This document shows positions 10,781-19,933 of a stretch of 64,000 nucleotides of DNA, in pieces. Positions within the stretch are counted from its first letter, which is position 1. Each line of letters opens with the position of its first letter. The notes below the pieces were generated by a model that was given only the letters and a program-made list of their open reading frames with translations, was not told where the DNA came from and ran no database searches. A program made the translations under genes and the position numbers. Source of the stretch: Marinobacterium zhoushanense (GTDB lineage: Bacteria > Pseudomonadota > Gammaproteobacteria > Pseudomonadales > Balneatricaceae); contig NZ_BMIJ01000005.1 in NCBI RefSeq assembly GCF_014641945.1, positions 222,718-286,717 of the forward strand, in the 5' to 3' direction.

Positions 10781-11623
10781 TTATACGGTTGCCGGCTTGG
10801 ACGGAGCGGAGGTCGGAATCTCGCGCTTGGAACCGGTACGCACGTGAGTGGTGTACAGGGTCAGGCCGGTGAACGCCAGGCCGCCGACCAGGTTGCCCAG
10901 AGCGGTCGGGATCTCGTTCCAGATGAAGTAGTCGGCGATGGAGAAGTTACCGCCCATGATCATGCTGAACGGGAACAGGAACATGTTGACCACGGAGTGC
11001 TCGAAGCCCATGAAGAAGAACAGCATGATCGGCATCCACATGGCGATCACCTTGCCGCTGACATGGGTGGAGATCATCGCACCGACTACGCCGAGGGAGA
11101 CCATCCAGTTACACAGCATGCCGCGGATGAAGATGGTGAACCAACCCTCTACGCCATAAGCAGCGTAACCAACCGTACGGGATTCGCCGATCTTGGCGAC
11201 TTTCTCGGCGATGGCGCCGCCGTCGGTGTTGTAACCCATGGTGAAGATGAACGACATCATCACCGCCACGGTGAAGGCTCCGGCGAAGTTACCGACGAAT
11301 ACCAGCCCCCAGTTGCGCAGAATCTGACCCGGGGTGACACCGGGGCGCTTGTCGAGCCAGGCCAGCGGGGTGAGCATAAACACACCGGTCAGCAGGTCGA
11401 AGCCCATCAGGTAAAGCATGCAGAAACCGACCGGGAACAGGATCGCGCCGATCAGGAACACGCCGGTTTGTACTGCGACAGTGACGGCAAACACTGCTGC
11501 CAGAGCCAGGATGGCACCGGCCATATAGCCACGGATCAGGGTGTCGCGGGTGGACATGTAGATCTTGGATTCACCGGCATCCACCATCTTGGTTACAAAT
11601 TCTGCGGGAATTAAGTAAGCCAT
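10781..11623 (-). CDS. Formate/nitrite transporter (FNT) family channel, NirC/FocA-like
   Basis: 280 aa, 6 TM segments, FNT signature regions; RBS GAGG upstream. Confidence 0.85.
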   Translation of the reverse strand: MAYLIPAEFVTKMVDAGESKIYMSTRDTLIRGYMAGAILALAAVFAVTVAVQTGVFLIGAILFPVGFCMLYLMGFDLLTGVFMLTPLAWLDKRPGVTPGQILRNWGLVFVGNFAGAFTVAVMMSFIFTMGYNTDGGAIAEKVAKIGESRTVGYAAYGVEGWFTIFIRGMLCNWMVSLGVVGAMISTHVSGKVIAMWMPIMLFFFMGFEHSVVNMFLFPFSMIMGGNFSIADYFIWNEIPTALGNLVGGLAFTGLTLYTTHVRTGSKREIPTSAPSKPATV

Positions 11624-11691
11624 ATTTTTGCCTCGTTCGACGTTAAGGGATCACACACAAAGGGTTCTAACCGACTGAGAGCAACAAAAAA

Positions 11692-11741
11692 ATGGCGTCC
11701 ACACATGCCCCGCCTTTTGCAGGTGCAGTGATGGACGCCAT
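11692..11741 (-). terminator. Leader hairpin with T-tract (candidate attenuator/terminator) upstream of the FNT operon
   Basis: Perfect 10-bp inverted repeat ATGGCGTCCA…TGGACGCCAT with a ~30-nt loop; on the minus strand it is followed by TTTTTTT. It lies ~60 nt upstream of the FNT start codon and ~230 nt downstream of the preceding gene. Confidence 0.45.
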
Positions 11742-11969
11742 TATCCAAAATTCTCAGCTTGTCAGATTTGAGCCAGCTTCAGCTCAAATACTGAATCGGA
11801 TATAGCAGTCAGCGTGCCAAAACCTGTTTTTTGTGAAAATCCCAAATAAAGTCAAAGTGTTACATTATCATTCTGGTTTTGTTGTCAGTCTGTGCCTAGA
11901 TCAAAAATGGTGCGCAGCCGGTCAGGGCTGCGCAGTTAAGGTTCATTTTATATGGTTATTAAGCGGGCG

Positions 11970-14537
11970 TTACGGCTGGGGCAGGGCGGTTTTGAGGTCA
12001 ACGCCAGGGCCGTGCGCCAGGCGGATAGGTGCTGACATCAATCGCCGCTGCAGCGCAGCCGCCAGCAACCCCAGCGCGATGCCACCGCCGATCGCCAGGC
12101 CGTCGATCAGCGGCGAGTGCCCCTCCAGCCCCAGCATCGGCATCAGCACCTCGGGTACCAGGCGGTGCAACAGATAGATCGCGAAGGCCGCCTGCGCCAG
12201 CCGCATCAGCGGTCGCAGGCTCCAGTCGGGCAGCGGAATGCTCGGTACCAGACAGAGCAGCGCGAGTATGCCGAGCAGGCTCATGTACTTGATCCAGCCG
12301 CCATACCAGTTGCCGCCCAGATATGCGGCCAGCGGCATGATTGCGCAGCCGAGGACGATCACCAGCCAACGCTGGCGGCGCGTCTGCGCCGCACTAATGC
12401 ACCAGCCGAGGGCGAACAGGTAGAGTACCCAGGGCACGGTGAACAGCGCCCGTCCGTTCATCGGCCAGAGCTGCGGAATAGTGATCCGCAGTAGTAGTGC
12501 CAGTGCCAGCAGTCCGAGGCCGAAGGTGAAGGGGGACAGCTTGGCCAGTTGTCGGCGCAGCGGCGGTATCAGGAAGGGCAGGACCACCAGCAGCGTGATC
12601 TGCACATAGGCTTCCACGAACCAGTACAGGAACGGCAGCATCTCATGGGTCGAGGGCTTGGTCAGCGCGAAGTTTCCCATCAGTAGCGCCGATACCCAGG
12701 GGACCTCGCCCCAGGCCAGGCTATAGCCTGCCAGCACGATGTAATAGGGAATGAGTACACCGAGCAGCGGGGCAAAATAGGTCCCCCAGTTGCCGGCGCA
12801 GAGCGCCTTCCAGCGGAACGATGAGACGCTCATCCCCATCAGCATCACCATCGCCGCCGCGCCGCCATATACCGGCCAGTGGGTCTGGTGTGTGACGACC
12901 ACCGCCAGGATTGCCAGTACTCGCGTCACCAGATCGGTAGGCAAGCGGTTGCGCTGACCGGGGCGGGCGTTCTCCAGTTCGGCGATCGGCATCCGTTCCC
13001 AGCCCGTCGGTACGCCGCCGAGCCGTTCCTCCAGGGCCAGAGTCAGCTCCACATGGCACAGGGAGTCTCCGCCGAGGCTGGAAAAGCTGTCGTCGGGACG
13101 CACGGCACGCGGTGCAAAGCTGGCGCGAAAGGCGGTCAGTACACCGCCGCTGGCTGTTTTCTGTCCCTGTTGTGCGCGCAGTGCCGGATAATCGATCTTG
13201 CCGTTGGCGCGCCGGGGCAGTGCGCGGAGCGGATGAACACGCACATGTTGGGCGCCGATTCCGGCCAGTTGCGCTGCCTTAGCTTGGACCTCCTCCGCTG
13301 CCGGGGCCGCACCCGCCATGCCGATATGGATCTGCCGGTCGTCCCCCCAGACCGCGACCTCCGGGGCGAAGTGGGCCAGGGCGCGCTCCAACGCGTCATG
13401 ACCGATGCGCAGGCCCGCGATCTTGGACATGCGCGACAGGCGGCCGGTGATACGGTAGATCCCGGCGCGATCGCGCCGGGCCAGGTCGCCGGTAGCCAGT
13501 TCATCGAGTTCAGCGCCATGGGCCAACTCCCGGTATCCCTCGGCATAGCCCATCATCACATTGGGCCCGCGGTAGATCAGTTCGCCCTCTGCTTCCGCGG
13601 TTTTAATCTCGGTTCCCTGTGCGTCACGCAGAGCCAGCGCGCCACCGGGGATGGCGATGCCGATCGCGTCGGGCTTATCCAATGCCATTTCCGGGGGCAG
13701 CCAGGCGATACGCGCGGTGGCCTCGGTCTGACCATACATGACCACGAAGCGCCCCTCATGACGCGCCATCAGCTTGGCCCAGTGCACCACCTTGGCCGGC
13801 TCCATGGCACCGCCGGCCACGGTCATGAAACGCAGGCTGGCAGGCAGATGATCGGCCAGGCCTGCGCTTTCCAGCAGGGTGAAGTGGTGTGGTACGCCCG
13901 CCAGATTGGTGACGCCACTGCGCGCCAGGGCCTGGTTGAATCCGGCGCTGAGCACCGACTCCCCGTGCAGCCAGAGCGATGCGCCCTGGAGCAGATGAGA
14001 GTGCAGCACCGACAGGCCATAGGAGTAGTGCAGCGGCAGTATCAGCGCGGCGCGGTCATCCGCCTGGATATCGAGGTACTCGGCGATAGATCCGGCATTG
14101 GCCTCCAGCGCCTGACGCGAGAGTCGTACGCCACGCCCCTGGCCGGTACTGCCGGAGGTCTGCAGCAGTAGCGCCAGCTCAGGGTGAGGCTCGGCGGCTT
14201 GCCAGTCGTGCCGCTCCGGCTCCCAGCGACCGTTGCGACGGTAGAAGCTCAGGGCTGGACGAAAGCGTTGGCTGAGCGAGCGCATCGTATCCGGGGTATC
14301 GACCGGCACCGGCATCACGGCATGGCCTGCGGCCAGGGTGCCGACATAGGCGGCAATTGCCTGAGGGTCGGAGGCCGCCTCGATCGCGATCAACTGCGGG
14401 GTATCGTATTGGTCGAGGGAAGCCGCAAAGCGGGCAGCTTGTTCGGCCAGCTCGGCATAGCTGAGCAGGATACCGCTGGCATCCAGTAAACAGGGTTGAG
14501 CCCCGAGAGCTCGGAAACGATCCAGGTCGAACAGCAT
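11970..14537 (-). CDS. Tri-domain protein: AMP-dependent adenylation domain + carrier-protein (phosphopantetheine) domain + C-terminal integral-membrane acyltransferase (Acyltransferase_3/OafA-like)
   Basis: Adenylation motifs (TSGSTG, YGQTE, GELIYRGPNVMMGY, RITGRLSRMSKIAG, NGKIDY), a carrier-protein serine motif (LGGDSL), then ~330 aa with ~10 TM helices opening with an AT3-like R-x-D-x-x-R…H signature. Confidence 0.7.
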   Translation of the reverse strand: MLFDLDRFRALGAQPCLLDASGILLSYAELAEQAARFAASLDQYDTPQLIAIEAASDPQAIAAYVGTLAAGHAVMPVPVDTPDTMRSLSQRFRPALSFYRRNGRWEPERHDWQAAEPHPELALLLQTSGSTGQGRGVRLSRQALEANAGSIAEYLDIQADDRAALILPLHYSYGLSVLHSHLLQGASLWLHGESVLSAGFNQALARSGVTNLAGVPHHFTLLESAGLADHLPASLRFMTVAGGAMEPAKVVHWAKLMARHEGRFVVMYGQTEATARIAWLPPEMALDKPDAIGIAIPGGALALRDAQGTEIKTAEAEGELIYRGPNVMMGYAEGYRELAHGAELDELATGDLARRDRAGIYRITGRLSRMSKIAGLRIGHDALERALAHFAPEVAVWGDDRQIHIGMAGAAPAAEEVQAKAAQLAGIGAQHVRVHPLRALPRRANGKIDYPALRAQQGQKTASGGVLTAFRASFAPRAVRPDDSFSSLGGDSLCHVELTLALEERLGGVPTGWERMPIAELENARPGQRNRLPTDLVTRVLAILAVVVTHQTHWPVYGGAAAMVMLMGMSVSSFRWKALCAGNWGTYFAPLLGVLIPYYIVLAGYSLAWGEVPWVSALLMGNFALTKPSTHEMLPFLYWFVEAYVQITLLVVLPFLIPPLRRQLAKLSPFTFGLGLLALALLLRITIPQLWPMNGRALFTVPWVLYLFALGWCISAAQTRRQRWLVIVLGCAIMPLAAYLGGNWYGGWIKYMSLLGILALLCLVPSIPLPDWSLRPLMRLAQAAFAIYLLHRLVPEVLMPMLGLEGHSPLIDGLAIGGGIALGLLAAALQRRLMSAPIRLAHGPGVDLKTALPQP

Positions 14538-14711
14538 GGTGGATGTACTACAAAAAATGGGTGATTAGAGGTAGATGACAATATTAAGACAAATGAGAAT
14601 TAATCGTGAATAGAAATTTTCAACTTACCCACCGTGCAAGTTGAAAACACTTGGTGTGCACCAAGATGGCGCGCGGTCCTTGTCGATGGCCGGAAATGAA
14701 GCGCAGCTCGA

Positions 14712-16028
14712 CTAGTGCGGCAAGCCGTTGCTCTTGCCCTTCAGCTGCTCGATGTCGGCGATCAGCTTCTGCGCGACCGCTGCCAGCGAGCGGTTTTGCG
14801 CCATTGAGGTTTGCTGCAGCAGCCGGTAGGCCTGCTCTTCGGTCAGCCCGCGGAACTGCATCAGCAGCCCCTTGGCACGTTCCAGCGTCTTGCGATCCGA
14901 CAGCGCCTGTCGGGCGGCCGTGAGTTCGTCGTGCATCTGTTTCAGCCCCTCAGCCTGTTGCCTGACCAGGCCGTAGAGCGAGTGCACCCAGTCGCTGCTG
15001 GTGGCGCCCGAGCTGCCAGCTTCCGTCGGCGCCGGGGCCTGTTCCGGCGCGAGCAGCATGGTCAGCGGCGAGGCACCGGGCTCATGCAGGGAGGCGATCA
15101 GCTCCAGGCTGTCGTGATGTTTTTTCAGCTCCTTGTTCGCCTCGCGCACGCGCTGCTGACTCAATTGCAGCAGGGCATCGGCCAGTTGCCGCTCCAGTTG
15201 TTGCATCCTGTCGATCCGCCGGGTGGCCGCGTCATACCAGACCTCGCTGATCTCGGACGGCAGTCCGGTACCGGGTTGGACACGGGCGATCAGCAGACGC
15301 AAGCGTAGAAACTCCAAGGTCTCTTCGTGGTTTTCCAGTTCACGCCAACCGTCTATTGGAGCGGCTTGCGCAAACTCCTCGAAGGTGTGGAAGCTTTGCT
15401 GCTGGCTGTCGACCAGGTCAGACAACCGGTGCAGCAGCGCTTGATCGAACTCACCCGCGGCGAAGCCGATCACCGCCCAGGCCCGCTCCTGTCCTGCGTA
15501 CTCCTTGCCCTGCATGAAATTGAACATGGCCACCAGCGCGCGGGTGATCTCGGGATCGTCGGAGATGTCGGCGGCTTCGAAGATCACCGACAGCAGGGCG
15601 GTTATCAGGCGATTGAAGGCTTGGGTACTCTCGGTGGCAGTCAGCGCCCGTTGGCCGATCTGCTCACGCAGGGCTTGAAGGCCGTCCAATCCATGCAGCG
15701 CATAGGCGATATTGTTGAACAGGCGTGCACTGCCGACCCGGGTCCAGCTTTCGATATCCAGTTGCTCAAGTCGGCACCTGAAGCCTTGTTCGGCGTGCAG
15801 AGCCGTTGGGATCTGCTGCAGGCGCTGGCGAGCGAAACGCACGCCTTTAGAGGCAAGAAACACGTTGGATAACCCGCGCTCGCGCTGCAGCTCATGGATC
15901 AGGTTGCTGACCTGGGTCACCAGTTCGCAACTGGCCATCAACTGGCGCAGCAGGGCGATCTCCGAGCGCTTGGAGGCGAGGAAGAAGGTTTCGGTTGCCA
16001 GGGCGTTGCCGGTCATCGACTGATCCAT
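14712..16028 (-). CDS. NasR-like nitrate/nitrite-sensing antitermination regulator (NIT domain + C-terminal ANTAR domain)
   Basis: 438 aa; C-terminal ANTAR-like helix region (…LERAKGLLMQFRGLTEEQAYRLLQQTSMAQNRSLAAVAQKLI); N-terminal region matches the NIT sensor domain of NasR. Confidence 0.75.
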   Translation of the reverse strand: MDQSMTGNALATETFFLASKRSEIALLRQLMASCELVTQVSNLIHELQRERGLSNVFLASKGVRFARQRLQQIPTALHAEQGFRCRLEQLDIESWTRVGSARLFNNIAYALHGLDGLQALREQIGQRALTATESTQAFNRLITALLSVIFEAADISDDPEITRALVAMFNFMQGKEYAGQERAWAVIGFAAGEFDQALLHRLSDLVDSQQQSFHTFEEFAQAAPIDGWRELENHEETLEFLRLRLLIARVQPGTGLPSEISEVWYDAATRRIDRMQQLERQLADALLQLSQQRVREANKELKKHHDSLELIASLHEPGASPLTMLLAPEQAPAPTEAGSSGATSSDWVHSLYGLVRQQAEGLKQMHDELTAARQALSDRKTLERAKGLLMQFRGLTEEQAYRLLQQTSMAQNRSLAAVAQKLIADIEQLKGKSNGLPH

Positions 16029-16145
16029 ATAGAGTCACAAGTCCGTTGAGTGCAGCAAATCCTATACCAGTGTTGGTATGGCGCTGGCGAGGCTGCGGCG
16101 GTGGATGTTACTGTGTGGCCCCACCGAGCCTACGGAGAGAGTGCG

Positions 16146-16391
16146 ATGAAAGAGTTTATGTACGCCTTGGCCTTGTGTTTGTTGATGGCGTCGGGTTGGA
16201 GCATCTCCAAAGCACCGAGTGAGCGCGCGATAAAAGCCGCGCCCGATGCGGCCACCGCCGCTCAACTCGAGCAGGAGCGCGGACAGATCCGCGCCATCGC
16301 CGGCGGTGCCCTGGTCTTGGCACTGGTGTGTGGGGTGGTGGGCTGGCGCTCCAAAAGCCGTGAGGATGCAGATAGGAAAAAGCTCGATTGA
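16146..16391 (+). CDS. Small hypothetical protein with signal peptide and C-terminal TM helix
   Basis: ATG at 16146 within ORF 16050..16391; hydrophobic N- and C-terminal segments; no homology recognised. Confidence 0.3.
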   Translation: MKEFMYALALCLLMASGWSISKAPSERAIKAAPDAATAAQLEQERGQIRAIAGGALVLALVCGVVGWRSKSREDADRKKLD

Positions 16392-16461
16392 TCAAATCGG
16401 GCCGCGCTACCTGCAGTAATAGGTACAGGCTTTCTGGCCCGCTTGGTAAAGCATCTGCTCC

Positions 16462-16475
16462 TTGATAAACATCAT
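16462..16475. promoter_or_regulatory. Candidate FNR box upstream of ubiU (TTGAT-N4-ATCAT)
   Basis: One mismatch to TTGAT-N4-ATCAA; ~60 nt upstream of the ubiU start. Confidence 0.4.
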
Positions 16476-16534
16476 GTCGCTGTACTTCCCGAACCGCTAG
16501 GCTGGGCGCACTCGTTTTCGCTCAGGAGGTTGCA

Positions 16535-17527
16535 GTGGAACTGGTGTGTCCCGCCGGGAGTTTTCCCGCCCTGAAGGCGGCCGTGGATAACGGTGCCGAC
16601 GCCGTCTACTTCGGCTTTCGCGATAAAACCAACGCGCGTCAGTTTGCCGGTCTCAACTTCGACCGCCGCAAAGCGGAGAAGGGGATCGACTACGCCCGCA
16701 GCCGAGGCGTCAAGGTGCTCTGTGCTATCAACACCTATCCCCAGCCCGAGGGCTGGTCCAGCTGGCAGGCGGCAGTGGATATGGCCGCCGACCTGGGTGT
16801 CGATGCGCTGATCGCTGCCGATATGGGAGTATTGGGCTATGCCGCCGAACGCCATTCCGCGCTGCGTCTGCACTTGTCGGTACAGGGGTCGGCCACCAAT
16901 TACGAGGCGCTGAACTACTACCGTGACCAGTTCGGCATCCAGCGTGCTGTGCTGCCCCGGGTGCTGTCACTGGCGCAGGTGGAACATCTGGCCGCGCACA
17001 CCCCGGTGGAGCTGGAGGTATTCGCCTTCGGCAGCCTTTGTATCATGGTCGAGGGGCGCTGTTATCTATCCTCCTACCTGACCGACGAATCCCCCAACAC
17101 CTGCGGCGCCTGCTCGCCGGCCAAGGCCGTGCGCTGGCAGGAGACCGCGCGCGGGCTGGAGTCACGCCTGAACGAGGTGCTGATTGACCGCTATGCCGAT
17201 GGCGAAAAGGCCGGTTATCCCACCCTGTGCAAGGGGCGTTTCGAGGTGGAGGGCAACGTCTACCACGCCATGGAAGAACCGACCAGCCTCAACACTCTGG
17301 ACCTGATCCCGGAGCTGAAACGGATCGGTATCCAGGCGGTCAAGATCGAGGGTCGGCAGCGCAGCCCCGCCTACGTGTCCCAGGTCACCCGGATCTGGCG
17401 CGAGGCGCTCGACAACGCCGCAACGCAGGGTGCCTTCAAGGTACAACCGCAGTGGGACCGCGGGCTGGAGGCGCTGTCCGAGGGCAGCACCACCACTATC
17501 GGTGCCTATCATCGCAGCTGGCAGTAG
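16535..17527 (+). CDS. ubiU: UbiU, U32-peptidase-family O2-independent ubiquinone hydroxylase subunit
   Basis: 330 aa; near-collinear match to E. coli UbiU/YhbU including the conserved Cys residues (FGSLCIMVEGRCYLSSY…PNTCGACSP…TLCKGR). Confidence 0.85.
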   Translation: MELVCPAGSFPALKAAVDNGADAVYFGFRDKTNARQFAGLNFDRRKAEKGIDYARSRGVKVLCAINTYPQPEGWSSWQAAVDMAADLGVDALIAADMGVLGYAAERHSALRLHLSVQGSATNYEALNYYRDQFGIQRAVLPRVLSLAQVEHLAAHTPVELEVFAFGSLCIMVEGRCYLSSYLTDESPNTCGACSPAKAVRWQETARGLESRLNEVLIDRYADGEKAGYPTLCKGRFEVEGNVYHAMEEPTSLNTLDLIPELKRIGIQAVKIEGRQRSPAYVSQVTRIWREALDNAATQGAFKVQPQWDRGLEALSEGSTTTIGAYHRSWQ

Positions 17528-17535
17528 GGGGATAG

Positions 17536-18432
17536 ATGGACAAGGCATTGAAACTGACCCTGGGGCCGCTGCTCTACTTCTGGCCCAAGCAGGATGTGTA
17601 TAACTTCTACGCCGAGATGGCGGAGCAACCGCTGGATACCGTCTACCTGGGCGAGACGGTTTGTTCCAAGCGGCGTCAGCTCAAGCTCGACGACTGGATC
17701 GAGATCGGCCGTGACCTGCGCGCCTGCGGCAAGCAGGTGGTGCTCTCCAGCCTGGCGCTGCTGGAGGCAGAGTCGGAACTGAAGATGCTGCGCCGCATCT
17801 GCGCCAACGGCGAATTCCAGGTCGAGGCCAACGATATGGCCGCGGTGCAGTTGCTGAGCAGCCAAGGGGTGGAGTTCGTCACCGGCCCGTCGATCAATAT
17901 CTACAACCTGGGTACGCTCAAGCGACTCTACAACAGCGGCATGCGCCGCTGGGTGATGCCGGTGGAGCTGTCGGCGCAGACGCTGGAGCAGCTGCTGCAG
18001 CAGGTCGCGCAGGATGGCTCTCTGCCCGAGTTGGAGACCGAGGTGTTCGCTTACGGCTGCCTGCCGCTGGCCTATGCCGCCCGCTGCTTCACCGCCCGCT
18101 ACCGCAACCTGCCCAAGGACAACTGCAACTTCTGTTGTATCGAGTACCCGGACGGCATCCCGGTGCGCTCGCAGGAGGGGCGCGAGTTGTTCACGATGAA
18201 CGGCATTCAGACCCTGTCCGGGGAGCACTACAATCTGGAGCACGAGCTGGATGCCATGCAGGTCATGGGCGTGGACAGGGTGCGGTTGAGCCCGCAGCGG
18301 CAGCGGATGGCAGCTGTAATCAAGCGTTTCAGTCAGCGCCTGAAGGGTGAACAGAAAGATACCATCCCACTGCTCAGCGCCGGTCAATGCAACGGCTACT
18401 GGTACGGGTTACCGGGCATGGACAGGGTGTAG
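17536..18432 (+). CDS. ubiV: UbiV, U32-peptidase-family partner of UbiU
   Basis: 298 aa U32 protein directly downstream of ubiU; conserved Cys cluster (CSKRRQ…[13 protein letters not shown]…CNFCC). Confidence 0.85.
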   Translation: MDKALKLTLGPLLYFWPKQDVYNFYAEMAEQPLDTVYLGETVCSKRRQLKLDDWIEIGRDLRACGKQVVLSSLALLEAESELKMLRRICANGEFQVEANDMAAVQLLSSQGVEFVTGPSINIYNLGTLKRLYNSGMRRWVMPVELSAQTLEQLLQQVAQDGSLPELETEVFAYGCLPLAYAARCFTARYRNLPKDNCNFCCIEYPDGIPVRSQEGRELFTMNGIQTLSGEHYNLEHELDAMQVMGVDRVRLSPQRQRMAAVIKRFSQRLKGEQKDTIPLLSAGQCNGYWYGLPGMDRV

Positions 18433-18546
18433 CGATCCGACAGGCGACAGGTTTTCCGGCAGTAGATGAAGCCTGCTCCCGATACTGATAAGCTGGCGAC
18501 TTCGCTGGTTTAAACGATCGTTTACCTCTGTTCTGAACGGGAAGAA

Positions 18547-19326
18547 GTGCGCATGACGGTGCGGTGGTCGCTGTTGTATCCCTCGGTAAAGAAGATGCAG
18601 GTACGTGTCATTGGCACGGCTTTTCTGCTGGGTTGCCTGTTTGTCCCCGAGGTGCACAGCGCCCCCCAGGTGGCGGCTGATTCGACAGCGCAGCAGTACC
18701 GGCTTCTGGCCCGTATCGACCGGTTGGAGGCGGAAGAGAAGGGCGATTCGGTGATCGCGTTCCGCTCCGAACTATTGGAGGCGGCATCATCGGATCCGGC
18801 TATCGCGGCGATGCTGGAGGAGACGCGGCATCAATTCGAGACGCGTCGGCAAGCGTTGCAGCAGGTGCAGCAGCAGTTGCGCGACCGGATACAGCAGGCG
18901 GCAGCGGCCATCGACGAGCAGCAGCAACAGCTGAGTAGCAACCGAAATCGGATAGCGCTGATCAGCGACAAGTTAAAAAGTCTGCACGCGGCGATAGAAA
19001 AGGGGCTGATCGGGCAAAACTATGTCGACGCCCTGCGCAGTGAGGTTGAGCAACTGGAAGCGCTCTGCGGTGAAATGGAGGACGGTATCGCGCAGGCCAA
19101 GTGGAGCGTTGCCGAATACCAGCTCGAGCAATCGCGCCTGGAGTTGGACCGGCGCCGAGTGGCGCAGGCCGAATTGGAGGCGCTGACGGCGAAGTTACTG
19201 AAGTCAGCACCGAATCAGATGGCGTCTCCAGACTCCCGAGCAGCGGCTCAGGCAGATGAGACACCAGATTCGAGCGGAAGCTCATCCCTGCAGACGTCGC
19301 AGAGCGTGCAAACCACGCTGGAATAG
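18547..19326 (+). CDS. Secreted coiled-coil protein (hypothetical); likely true start near 18595
   Basis: Signal peptide (…FLLGCLFVPEVHSAP) followed by a Q/E/R/L-rich heptad-like sequence. Confidence 0.45.
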   Translation: MRMTVRWSLLYPSVKKMQVRVIGTAFLLGCLFVPEVHSAPQVAADSTAQQYRLLARIDRLEAEEKGDSVIAFRSELLEAASSDPAIAAMLEETRHQFETRRQALQQVQQQLRDRIQQAAAAIDEQQQQLSSNRNRIALISDKLKSLHAAIEKGLIGQNYVDALRSEVEQLEALCGEMEDGIAQAKWSVAEYQLEQSRLELDRRRVAQAELEALTAKLLKSAPNQMASPDSRAAAQADETPDSSGSSSLQTSQSVQTTLE

Positions 19327-19788
19327 CGGCGGCATCTCGCTCCAGTCCACACTATCCAGAAGATTCTTTACCGCCAGTCCCAGCTCGGTATCGCCCTCGA
19401 TCAGCAGGCGGCGCTGGAAGAACAGAGTGTCCGGATCCTCCTCCAGCGTCGCCAGGCGGAGAAACTCGCCTGAGTCGCCGCGGATCCAGGCATCTGGACT
19501 CTTTTTAGAACCGCTGGCCGGCTCCACCTTTAACTGGCCATCGCGATAGCCAAACGCCAGACGCAGCCCCAGATCCCTAACCTCCAGCCCCAGTTGGCGC
19601 TGCTCCATAAAGTCGAACTCCTCATCCTCCAGCTGCTGCCGGAATAACCGGTTCAATAACCTTTCCAACAGCTGTCGTTTGAGCCGAAACGGGATATGTG
19701 GCTCGGTCCTGCTGAACAGGCTACGCAGATTGGGAGACAGGCTGGGCAACAGGCGAAAGGGAAGCGGGGGGCGGGGGAGAAAGATCAT
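19282..19788 (-). CDS. ubiT: UbiT, SCP2-domain accessory factor for anaerobic ubiquinone biosynthesis
   Basis: Aligns with E. coli UbiT/YhbT (…FRLKRQLLERLLNRLFRQ…DPDTLFFQRRLLIEGDTELGL…). Confidence 0.8.
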   Translation of the reverse strand: MIFLPRPPLPFRLLPSLSPNLRSLFSRTEPHIPFRLKRQLLERLLNRLFRQQLEDEEFDFMEQRQLGLEVRDLGLRLAFGYRDGQLKVEPASGSKKSPDAWIRGDSGEFLRLATLEEDPDTLFFQRRLLIEGDTELGLAVKNLLDSVDWSEMPPLFQRGLHALRRLQG

Positions 19789-19842
19789 ACGGAAGCTCCT
19801 GATACTGTTGCCTGATACTAGGCGAAAATTTTTTTCCGGCCC

Positions 19843-19856
19843 TTGATGTCAGTCAA
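19843..19856. promoter_or_regulatory. Candidate FNR box upstream of nrdD (TTGAT-N4-GTCAA)
   Basis: Near-consensus FNR half-sites ~100 nt upstream of the nrdD ATG (19955). Confidence 0.4.
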
Positions 19857-19933
19857 GGTGTGGGCGCGGCACTGCTGCCGATAATGATCTATATGTTGTG
19901 GTGTAAGAATTAAATAGGCACTACATGTAGTGA

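Noticed and set aside
16408-16425. Inverted heptamers TACCTGC-agta-ATAGGTA upstream of ubiU as a NarL 7-2-7 site
   Set aside because: The spacing is 4 rather than 2 bp and one heptamer is a poor match; kept only as a weak possibility, not listed as a feature.
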